Source of the DNA: Minisyncoccota bacterium
GTDB lineage: Bacteria; Patescibacteriota; Minisyncoccia; Phycocordibacterales; SBAW01
Length of the DNA: 64,000 bases
Direction: 5' to 3'
Assembly: GCA_035549255.1 (NCBI GenBank)
Contig: DASZRD010000009.1
Location: forward strand, 49,071 to 113,070
Positions 15,001 through 20,219 of this stretch are shown in pieces. Position numbers and translations under genes: made by a program. The first letter of the stretch is position 1. Every line of letters begins with the position of its first letter. The notes under the pieces were generated by a model. That model saw only the letters and a program-made list of their open reading frames with translations. It was not told the DNA's origin and searched no databases.

Positions 15001-18000
15001 ACCGGCAACGTCTACGTTGCCGGTGCCATCGGTATCGGTACCAAGAGCCCATGGGCCTCGCTCGACGTGAATGGCAGCATTGCGATCGCCAACAACAACG
15101 GCGGCAGCACCAACAAGCTCTATCTCGCCTCAGGCGACGGCACGCACTATATATATTCGACCGGTTCTGGCGTGGGCGGCAACAACACCTACTTCGGTGA
15201 ATGGGGCGGCAACTATCACTTCCTCGATACGAGCAATTCGTCCGAGCCGGTTACTATTACCGGAGGCAATCTTGGTGTCGGGACCACGACGCCGACTGCA
15301 AAACTCTCGCTCCAGTACAACTCGGGCGATACGCAGACGACTCTCTTCGCGATCGCGTCCTCAACCGGCAGCACAGCGGTAAACCTCTTCTCGGTCGACA
15401 ATACCGGGCTCACGACGATTGGCAATCCGACCGGTACCGGCGACGCGAATATCCAGTTCGGCGGCGACGCTACGGCATGGTCGGTCGGCAACTACGGGGG
15501 CGACAATTCCTTCCGTATTGCATCCTCGACCAACCTTGCCAACAACGTAGCCTTCGAAGTTACTAAGGCCGGTACCGCCTCGACAACGAACCTTACCATT
15601 TCTTCGCTCGGGGCTTCAGCTGGCAGTTGTCTCACCACCGATTCAAGTGGCAATGTGACAACCACTACATGCGGCGGAGGCGGCTCACCATTCCCATTCA
15701 CGCCGTCTGCGCTTGGCAACTCGACTTCGACTCTGCTTCTCCTCAACAACGGCGTCATTGCCGCAGCGTCTTCCACAATCGGTAATGGCAATCAGAACGG
15801 CGGTCTCACAGTGAGCGGTGGTGCCACCACAACCGGCAACGCGTACTTCGCTGGAAATGTAGGGATTAATAATACTCTTGCAGTTGGGGGGAACGTGGTT
15901 ACTTCCGGAGCGCAGATAGACTCTGCTGGGGTCATTTACTCTCATGGAACCGGAGGCATTAGCTTTGCCTTGAACAGCACTGGCAGTAATTATGGAACCA
16001 TCCAGAATGATGCGCCCGACACATGGTCTCTGGGTACCAACAGTATGCTCACTGGTCTCGGTACGCACGTTCTAACTTGGACAAAGGCTGGCAACATCGG
16101 CATCGGTACCTCGACGCCGGCCAGCCTCCTCACGGTAAGTAATAGCAATACGGGCACACTCACGTACGACGGCACGTCGCTTACGGTCTCGCCGGTCGGT
16201 ACTACGACGACCGCAGGCGCTGTGACCATCACGCCGGGAGCGGCGGGAGGTCCGGGCCTCGGCATCAAAGGATTCAATGGTAACAGCATCGCGCAAATCT
16301 TCACATCCTCCGGCAGCCTCCGCACGCTTCAGATAACTAATACCGGCGCGGGTGGTCTTCAGACAGTCTTTGCGGGCGGTACTGGCAAGAACTTGATCGG
16401 CATCGGGACGACATCGCCGTTTGCTCCGCTCTCAATAGCGGCCAACGGTGGCGACACTAACCCGACACTTTTTGCGATCTCCAGCTCAACCGCCGCCTTT
16501 GCTACCACGACGCTCTTCTCGGTCTCCAACACCGGCTCGACCACCATCGCCAACGGTGTCAACATCACGAGCGGCTGCTACGCGGTCAACGGTACCTGCC
16601 TCTCGACCGGTGGTAGCGGCGGCTCACCATTCCCATTCACGCCGTCTGCGCTTGGCAACTCGACTTCGACCCTGCTTCTCCTCAACAACGGCGTCATTGC
16701 TTCCGCATCCTCGACCATCGGCAACGGTACTGCCGCAGGTGGGCTCACGGTCAATGGCAATTCGACGACGACGGGGAGCCTCTATACTGGCGGCGGTATC
16801 ACGATTGCAGGCACGAACCCGAGCTTCGTATCCCTTTCGGAAAATAACGGCGGGGTTAGCTTCATTAACTATCTCGGCAGCGGCAGTGACGGCACTGGGA
16901 CTTATATCACTAACACATCGAACCATTCTCTGTTCCTCGGCACCAATAATACGACCAAGCTTACGATCGCTGCGGGCGGCAACGTTGGCATAGGCTCAAC
17001 CACGCCGGGCACCCTTCTCTCGATCGGCAGCGTCAACGGCATTAACTTCACCACGGCGACCTCGACCTTCAATTCGACCGGCGGCATCAATATTACGAAC
17101 GGCTGCTATGCGGTGAACGGCGTTTGTCTCACGACCGGCGGCGGGAGCAGCCAATGGACCACGAGCGGCTCGAGCATCTACTACAACACCGGCAGTGTCG
17201 GCGTCGGCACCTCTTCACCGTTCGCCAAGTTCTCGGTCCAGCAGAATTACGGCGACACGCAGACGACGCTCTTCCAGATCAGCTCGTCGACGGCTACCGG
17301 CGGCGCAACCGCTAACTCCTTCTTCTCGGTCGACAATACCGGCCTCACGACGATTGGCGATCCTTCCGGCACCGGCGATGCGAACTTCCAGTTCGCCAAT
17401 GACAACCACGCCTGGTCGGTCGGCTACTATGCGGGCGACAACTCCTTCCGCATCGCGTCGGGCACGTCGCTTGCCTCCAACCCGGCTATCTCCGTCGATA
17501 AGAATGGCACGACGACCATATCCAACGGCGTCAACATACAGTCGGGCTGCTTCTCGGTACAGGGGACGTGTCTCAGCTTCTCGAGCGGAGCCGCGGACTC
17601 GCAATTCGTTAGTACCGACGGTCAGGCGAACATCACCACCTCGACGACCTCGCTCGCCACCATCAGCATCACGCCTTCCACGGCGACTGGCGACGTCTTT
17701 GTCAGCGCGAAGGTAAGCATGTCTTCCAAGACGGCCACCGACTTTATTACCAGCATTGCTGTTCGGGATACGACCTGCACCGGCACGATCTTTGCCCAGG
17801 CGATGGCGAGCTCGACCTCCGCGTCCGGCTCCAACGGTTCGACCGCCTTTGCCAACGGCCTCGAGAACAACCCTGGCACGACGAGCCAGACATACGCGCT
17901 GTGCGCGAGCGATACGTCAGGGACCAACCCGGCGACCTACTTCCTCTCGGCACTCGTCATCAACCCCGGCGCCGACGTGGCAGAGCTTTACTCGACGCTC

Positions 18001-19170
18001 GATGCCGGTATTCAGCCTGGCGACATCGTTTCGGCAGATACGACGCATTTCGAGGGTGTGCGCAAGAGCAGCCCGTATGCTGATTCGCAGCTGATGGGCG
18101 TCGTCTCCACCAACCCGAGCGTCGTCATCGGTACCCCGGTCAATCAAAACGGCAATATCGTGCCGATCGCCTTGCGCGGCCGCATCCCGGTGAAGGTCAA
18201 CCTCGAGGGCGGCGATATCGCCGTGGGCGACCGGATCACGCTCTCGTCGGTGTCAGGCGTCGGCAAGAAGGCGGGTGACCTCGACCAGAGCATCGGCATC
18301 GCTCTTGAGCCGTTCACCGCGCAATCGACGACCACCTCCGTGCTCGTGTTCCTCGACATGCAGCAGGGCGACAACGTCGGCGCGCTCACTAATACTCTGC
18401 TCGGCACCTCGACCGCCACCAGCACTGCTACCAGCACGCCGCAAACAGGCTTTCTCTCGGTGCTCTTCTCCCGCATCGCGAGCTGGCTCGGGGGCGCTGG
18501 CAACGGCATCGCGAACATCTTCACGCAGACGCTCACGGCGACCGTCGTCAACGCCGATACGGTCAACACCAAGCAGCTCTGCATCACCGACGCCTCGGGC
18601 GGCAAGACCTGCGTCACCAAGGCCCAGCTCGACCAGCTCCTCCAGGGCCAGGGAGGTAGCGCGGGCTCTGGCGCAGGGTCCGGTTCAGGTTCGGGCGGCG
18701 CAGGATCGGGCAGCGGCACGACGATGCCCGCAAGCCCCGACCCTGACGCGCCGACGATCACGATCAATGGCGCCAACCCGGCGATGCTCGTGGTAGGCGA
18801 CACGTATGCCGACCTTGGCGTGACGGTGAGCGACGCGCAGGATCAGAATCTCGGCTACCTCGTTTCGCTCGACGGTGCTGCGACCACGACGCCCGACCAG
18901 ATCCATATCGACACGTCGGCCGCAGGAACGCATACCATCACGTACGTCGCGACCGATAACGACGGCAATGTCACGACCGCGCTGCGCACCGTAATCGTCC
19001 AGGATGCGGCGAGCTCGACGCCGTCCGTGCTTCCGCCGGTTGATACGGGCGATACCGGTACCACGACCGGAAGCGGCGCCGATGCGGGCGGCACGGCGAC
19101 CTCGACCGATGCCGGGGCGGGTGCCGGTACCGCACAGGGCGGCGAGGGCACGACTACTCCGGCGGAGTAA
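1..19170 (+). CDS. Giant repetitive surface/fibre protein (5'-partial, >6387 aa)
   Basis: Frame is open from base 1 to TAA at 19170, so the true start is upstream. S/T/G/N/A-rich. About 16 GYLSSxDWxxFNNK repeats and many GNVGIGTTSP repeats. LVIVD-like beta-propeller repeats (~2580-3420), YadA-head-like repeats (~13280-13780), a peptidase G2/IMC-like chaperone segment (ADVAELY...GVVSTNP...PIALRGRIPVKV, ~17970-18360) and a DUF5011-like Ig domain (APTITINGANP, ~18745-19005). Confidence 0.9.
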   Translation, partial: AVVGDNSFTFDGTTLNAPAAVFTTLTNLGSANLGTVSTGVWHGTAIADSYVADNLTISGGTINNTPIGAATPSTAVFTNATSTNATTTNFYASGQTRLGSLTGLVSANGGIVTAVATNTLGLLGSTSLSATAPLAYNSSTGVFSISQASGSQDGYLASVDWTQFNNKVSSTSLSATGPLAYNPATGVFSLDQAGTSQDGYLSSADWNVFNNKISSSSLSAAGPLSYNSSTGQFTISQASGSQNGYLSSGDWTIFNNKVSSSSLALVINQAYPFPQAGNGTSTLTQFNGGITAYASSTISALTSIFATTSSFAILNVPSALLTTNAQGQVVATSTLGVAYGGTGSSTLGGILIGNGRGSVTSANVSAPLSFSGNTLSIQAASGSQNGYLSSADWTTFNNKISSTSLSAAAPLSYNSSTGQFTISQASGSQNGYLSSSDWNSFNARLSTTTLGLFDKGYFFSTTSADYYLSQQSLVGFSTTSANYWKTQNNFFSTTSAIYFANASTTIPKTYTANTFTGAQTFQNGITTNALSVGSLTGPLQAIGGVVSSTSTLSIIYGGTGTSTPPTYGKVLLGNAQGGYDLVGTSSLGLITNNSLSAIVPLQYNTGTGVFSIQNAKADSSTLGAATFASNDFNDNGSGLISIDYANAQKATGSQAGLLASSDWNVFNNKISSSSLSGASVIAYNGTTGVISTQAGTFGGNASSVYTFPGDLVTTGTATTTNLYIGGTISGANLSSCSGASDKLLWNSSTQQFSCGTDAGASGSDVNWTHFNNSGIRVTTATDQVLIGFTSTSSLSKLEVHGGATIDNATTTNLVTTGVAYFSGNVGIGTTSPYQSLTVASGNILQVAGSNPTLATSTAVGGSTYGVYTSGNYAYVAAGSVRIVDTTQPGASKVVGSYTGTTQAQSIVVSGKYAYVGDASAGLAILDVSNPASPTLVGSLNYSTVGHPLSIALSGRYLIVPDFDSGKVSVVDIANPAAPAVVGTYTTGGAPATVALSGKYAYIGDQADGNIYIEDISNPAKPVALSPYTGLLGPQAIYISGRYAYVADIAGGLYALDISNPASVSLAGSKTGTGYYTVEVAGDYAYVTDSSGNLVVLDVHNLGSITTAGTYATGVSPRGLALSGKYAYVTSGNSTLKVVDINGAKLPAASIGTIETNSINVADAVKVGGDGFFGGGLNVGASGIFSRGGLAVLGSTTLTDLIAKNATTTNATSTNLYASSLIAGNATSTNLSVSGVASTSNLYISNLVAGALAITASGKAYSFSTSTWTFASSTLLGDSNTFSGGNKFTGNTTLANATSTNFALTNITNALLSTNANGSIIPTTISSPLTFSGNTLSIQQATASQNGYLSLTDWNTFNDKISSTSLSGASVISYDSSSGVITTQPGTFGGSGTYAFPNDVQANGNITAEVDGGASSGPNINLVNSGGFGVGGINFFTYAGQTVPSAQWEAEDVGNWTADQIFSTSVGGGTDAPLAARLIIKGTTGYVGIGTTSPLTTLSVGGNTYLGGSLTATGTVQFSNLAAGAVAATANGQLYTFSTSTWTFASSTLLGDSNTFSGNDTFTTAPKLGSLTGLVAGNSGNLYGLSTSSLNASITGQAGNVANSVTFNNGGSGASSGSTFNGSSAVTISYNTIGAVPATRNINTTFPLQGGGSLASDLTITSAFGTTTTTGLTPNQILYTNANGVLTTAASSTLNLPNAALQNSSVTVNGITCTLGSTCTVASTTLLANSNIFSGNNTFTGNTTLANATSTNLALTNITNALLSTNGSGSIIPTTVSSPLTFSGNTLSIQQANGSQNGYLSSTDWTQFNNKVSSSSLATIINSAYEFPGNATSTQLTFNGGLVATGATTTNLAVTGTASTSNLFISNLAAGALGINASGKAYSFSTSTWTFASSTLLSDSNTFSGNNKFTNPITLGTLNGPLQANNGVVSATSSVGVLYGGTGLTSAPSYGNILVGNSSGGYTLTATSSLGLASLSSFSATAPLSYDSSTGVFSISQANGSQNGYLSSVDWTAFNNKISSTSLSGGTGINYTSSTGVITNTGVIAVGPAGQTQNGTVTIASTTASFNGLTFGVQTVGAAGTLTNTPTIAGTLDNSGLTHSTIGLADANSTLTVSGSPAALGASLSATLNLAHGNIWTAASTTFVGGVTIGSATTTNLVATNATTTNLAITSLANTLLSVNAQGAVVATSSLSVNYLAGVLPVGNGGTGSSTLGGILTGNGTGQVTSAQVSSPLTFSGNTLSIQAASGSQNGYLSSTDWTTFNNKISSTSLSASAPLSYNSSTGQFSISQANGSTNGYLTSSDWTQFNAKVSSSSLALVINQAYEFPNNATSTQIAFNGGLTAAGATTTNLSVSGTASTSNLFISNLAAGALGINATGKAYSFSTSTWTFASSTLLGDNNTFSGTDTFTNAPKLSTLTGLISGNSGTLYGTATGTVSGSNGISVTAGQSIIGSGLTITATNAVADASTKGVATFAANDFNDNGSGLISIDYANGQLASGSQNGFLSNSDWNSFNSRLSTTTLGLFDKGYFFSTTSASYFLAQNQGNAFSTTSAIYFANASTTIPKTYTANTFTGAQTFQNGITTNALSLGTLSGPLQANNGVVSATSSIGVLYGGTGLTSAPSYGTILVGNSSGGYTLTATSSLGLAALSSFSATAPLQYDNTTGIFSITQANGSTNGYLSSVDWTAFNNKISSTSLSATGPLSYNPSTGVFAISQANGSTNGYLSSTDWNTFNQKVSSSSLYSYVAGNKDWQIINGALSPTTTLGIGVYASSTIGNGAQSGGLTVNGGATTTGNAYFAGNVGIGTQSPSARLDINASYTTTGFPLSVKNSGYYNAYFQGTNANNQASFYMENDRGSFASYGGFLYGGSTSGLSNLFGAPRADRLFMFADGASNLGYYVGTLTAQPFVIGTNNLERARVDGTTGYVGIATTSPLTTLSVGGNTYLGGNLTATGTVQFTNLSAGAVAATANGTLYTFSTSTWTFASSTLLGDNNTFSGNNTFTNVPKLGGLTGLVAGNSGNLYGLSTTSLNASITGQAGNVANAVTFNNSGSGASSGSTFNGSSAVTISYNTIGAQVAGTYVTSVGATYPLISSGGTAPVISSAFGTSTNWGLGANGIVVTNASGVPFIAASSTLNLPNSALQNSTITVNGIAFNLGDSKTITAASSTLLANSNTFSGNNTFTGNTTLANATSTNLALTNITNALLSTNGSGSIIPTTVSSPLTFSGNTLSIQAASASQNGYLSSTDWTQFNNKVSSSSLAAVVNQAYEFPSNATSTQIAFNGGLTATGATTTNLSVTGTASTSQLYISNLSTGGLGISSTGKVYSFATSTWTFASSTLLGDSNTFSGNNTFTNAPKLGSLTGLVAGNSGNLYGLSTSSLNASITGQAGNVANSVTFNNGGSGASSGSTFNGSGALTVSYNTIGAQVAGTYVTSVNATYPLLSSGGTAPTISTAFGTTTNTGIGSNLFIYTDNNGVFKGAASSSLNLPNSALQNSSITINTSGGLTGGAAVSLGNSISLGCQAASGSQAGCLSSTDWTTFNNKVSSSSLAALNYAAYPFYAAGNATTTLTQFNGGLTAYASSTIGNGILGLTVNGPATTTGNLVVQGSGTSTIAGSLSVSGNLNFNGNLLQNGVPFSSSQWITNGSSIYYGTGNVGIGTSTPYAKLSVAGDIVGGTINATSTTATSTIAGSFNVGNGALSYDVNSGITSINNLQLGAQTFDADAGILSWIDMPVTSASSAGTVESYSAQIDGNPLLTIYSQSDGSGGIQNAAVGIGTTSPFAMLSVQGSGYLAGSLTITGITATGTVQLTSLTGGAVAANPNGTLYTFATSTLTSASSTLLGDSNTFSGNNTFTNAPKLGSLTGFVAANNGTLYQLASSSLNLPNAALQNSSITINGTAFNLGDSKTVAAASSTLLGDTNTFSGTQNAFTNKVGIGTTSPRTTLQVAAGGSGILPQASSIAAFESNSNGYISLLTPDSAENGLLFGSPTGGNADAGIIYNNNTNLRGLTFRTGGNNTHMVIDSSGNVGIGTTSPGATFAVAGDGYLTGALTVGGQTTLAASLNGLLKATNGVVSAAVAGTDYSNFAYPFPLTGNATSSLTQFNGGLTAYATSTIGNGAQAGGLTVSGGATTTGNAYFGGNVGIGTNAPTSALTLALGNSIALYNTADQTTNYERGQIDWTSNALRIETVGGGSGSNSRSVILSSGGANLVTASAGTVKVTLNGGTSGVGPGVLTNGSFNGASTNQVVQSIAPTFNQSGTSGYTALLIQPTETAVGSGNKYLIQAGTSTAATLFAVDNAGNITTNITGSTQCLHVNSSGVISGTGADCGAGGSPFPFTPLALGNATSTLLLLNNGVIAAASSTIGNGTAAGGLTINGSATSTGTTTIQNAFAVTGTNGGVPVSGAGTRLEFIPNLGALRAGQVSSTQWDASNIGTSSFATGLDTTASGGYSAALGYRATASGVGSFAGGYFTDCGMGIISSGIGSFAYGYLNHGVTGCAFTQIQASGNGSVAMGYALAGRTITATQSGSIALGYANNGSITSSGIGSFAVGDGNITSSGSGSVALGYGESGLLSATGQGAVAIGANVNATQNNALAFGSSFTNNIASTFQVGFSATPTLTVTATNTGIGTTSPYAKFSISANGSDTNSTLFAIASSTSGTATSTLFAVSNIGTITTTLGAGAVGVNSLGQLYSFATSSGSAASSTLLADYNTFSHLQQFNGGFTAYASSTIGNGAQIGGLTVSGGATTTGNAYFAGNVGVGTVSPGSTLDVGGTAQLRGAGGGTGLYVNSSGNVGIGTTGQNAKLEIRQDGNGVQTQLVLRNNQGSSNGATSRLGFGVYRDVDATALGAAIDAITTAGIPNGDNAEGAILAFSTTKDGTSGLQERMRILNTGNVGIGTKNPQATLDVQGTASSSNLFVTNAATTTSLAITGLTSQSCIGTNSQGQVVAGTCGGGGSPFPFTPSALGNSTSTLLLLNNGVIATASSTIGNGTATGGLTVNGNSTTTGNVYVAGAIGIGTKSPWASLDVNGSIAIANNNGGSTNKLYLASGDGTHYIYSTGSGVGGNNTYFGEWGGNYHFLDTSNSSEPVTITGGNLGVGTTTPTAKLSLQYNSGDTQTTLFAIASSTGSTAVNLFSVDNTGLTTIGNPTGTGDANIQFGGDATAWSVGNYGGDNSFRIASSTNLANNVAFEVTKAGTASTTNLTISSLGASAGSCLTTDSSGNVTTTTCGGGGSPFPFTPSALGNSTSTLLLLNNGVIAAASSTIGNGNQNGGLTVSGGATTTGNAYFAGNVGINNTLAVGGNVVTSGAQIDSAGVIYSHGTGGISFALNSTGSNYGTIQNDAPDTWSLGTNSMLTGLGTHVLTWTKAGNIGIGTSTPASLLTVSNSNTGTLTYDGTSLTVSPVGTTTTAGAVTITPGAAGGPGLGIKGFNGNSIAQIFTSSGSLRTLQITNTGAGGLQTVFAGGTGKNLIGIGTTSPFAPLSIAANGGDTNPTLFAISSSTAAFATTTLFSVSNTGSTTIANGVNITSGCYAVNGTCLSTGGSGGSPFPFTPSALGNSTSTLLLLNNGVIASASSTIGNGTAAGGLTVNGNSTTTGSLYTGGGITIAGTNPSFVSLSENNGGVSFINYLGSGSDGTGTYITNTSNHSLFLGTNNTTKLTIAAGGNVGIGSTTPGTLLSIGSVNGINFTTATSTFNSTGGINITNGCYAVNGVCLTTGGGSSQWTTSGSSIYYNTGSVGVGTSSPFAKFSVQQNYGDTQTTLFQISSSTATGGATANSFFSVDNTGLTTIGDPSGTGDANFQFANDNHAWSVGYYAGDNSFRIASGTSLASNPAISVDKNGTTTISNGVNIQSGCFSVQGTCLSFSSGAADSQFVSTDGQANITTSTTSLATISITPSTATGDVFVSAKVSMSSKTATDFITSIAVRDTTCTGTIFAQAMASSTSASGSNGSTAFANGLENNPGTTSQTYALCASDTSGTNPATYFLSALVINPGADVAELYSTLDAGIQPGDIVSADTTHFEGVRKSSPYADSQLMGVVSTNPSVVIGTPVNQNGNIVPIALRGRIPVKVNLEGGDIAVGDRITLSSVSGVGKKAGDLDQSIGIALEPFTAQSTTTSVLVFLDMQQGDNVGALTNTLLGTSTATSTATSTPQTGFLSVLFSRIASWLGGAGNGIANIFTQTLTATVVNADTVNTKQLCITDASGGKTCVTKAQLDQLLQGQGGSAGSGAGSGSGSGGAGSGSGTTMPASPDPDAPTITINGANPAMLVVGDTYADLGVTVSDAQDQNLGYLVSLDGAATTTPDQIHIDTSAAGTHTITYVATDNDGNVTTALRTVIVQDAASSTPSVLPPVDTGDTGTTTGSGADAGGTATSTDAGAGAGTAQGGEGTTTPAE

Positions 19171-19183
19171 TATATAAAGATCC

Positions 19184-20158
19184 ATGAAAAAATGGCTGAT
19201 CATCGGTTTGCTTATCCTCGCCGTCGGGGTGTCCCTGGGTTTGTGGGCGTCGCGCATGCTTGTAAGGAGCGCGCCTTCCTGCTCGGCAGAGTATCCGTTG
19301 CTGGACGACTCCGTCGGATGCGACGATGCGCAGCCCGTCATAACCAAGACGAGCTATACCGCGCTGCAGCAGAGCCTGCTTGCATACATACAAAATGAGA
19401 AGAGTTCGGGGGACACGGCCGATATAGCGATCTTTTTCCGCGACCTTAAGGACGGACCGGTGTTCGGCATCAACGAGCTTGAGGATTTTACGCCCGCGAG
19501 CCTGCTGAAGCTCCCGCTGGCGTTCGCCTATCTCAATGTCGCCGACGAGTACCCGGATTATCTGCAGAAGGAGCTCTTCTATACCGGTACCTCGTCCGTG
19601 ATCGATCAGAATTTCCCGCCCCCCGTCTCCGTCAAGGCCGGGCAGCCGTATACGCTCGAAGAGCTTCTGCAGTACATGATTTCGTACTCCGACAATGGCG
19701 CCTACCAAATGCTCAACGATTATCTCGCTGGCGACCCGAGCCGCAAGGTCCTCCTCGACCAGACCTTCCAGGAGCTCGGTATCATCGACCCCGCGAGCGA
19801 GGATGCGAACACGGTCAGCGTGCGGAGCTATGCGTCGCTCTTCCGGCTGCTCTACAGCGCGGCGTATATCAGCCCCGACCACTCGCAGCTCCTCCTCCAG
19901 TGGCTCTCGGACTCGTCCTTTACCCAGGGGCTGGTTGCGGGCGTACCCGAAGGGGTCACCGTCGCCCACAAATTCGGCGAGCGCTCATTGCCGGACGGCA
20001 CGAAGCAGCTCCATGACTGTGGCATCGTCTATTTTCCGGAGAACCCCTACATCTTGTGCGTCATGACGAAGGGGAGCGACTGGACCAAGCTTGAAGGCGT
20101 GTTGCGGACCGTCTCGCAAATGGTCTATGCGGAAGTCTTATCGAGGAAGCAGAACTAG
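19184..20158 (+). CDS. Class A beta-lactamase-like serine hydrolase (penicillin-binding fold), N-terminal membrane anchor
   Basis: SxxK (PASLLK), SDN (YSDNG) and KT/SG-like (AHKFG) motifs, plus HDCGIVY. Hydrophobic N-terminus. Confidence 0.85.
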   Translation: MKKWLIIGLLILAVGVSLGLWASRMLVRSAPSCSAEYPLLDDSVGCDDAQPVITKTSYTALQQSLLAYIQNEKSSGDTADIAIFFRDLKDGPVFGINELEDFTPASLLKLPLAFAYLNVADEYPDYLQKELFYTGTSSVIDQNFPPPVSVKAGQPYTLEELLQYMISYSDNGAYQMLNDYLAGDPSRKVLLDQTFQELGIIDPASEDANTVSVRSYASLFRLLYSAAYISPDHSQLLLQWLSDSSFTQGLVAGVPEGVTVAHKFGERSLPDGTKQLHDCGIVYFPENPYILCVMTKGSDWTKLEGVLRTVSQMVYAEVLSRKQN

Positions 20159-20219
20159 CGGGCTTGAACGCGCGAGGAATTAATTTCTGATTAGGTATGT
20201 GCGATAATAATAGAACGAT

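Noticed and set aside
400-17000. Recurrent DNA repeats as a possible CRISPR array or DGR template/variable repeat
   Set aside because: Repeats are in frame, irregularly spaced and encode protein motifs. No cas or reverse transcriptase gene, and no adenine-specific mismatch pattern noticed.
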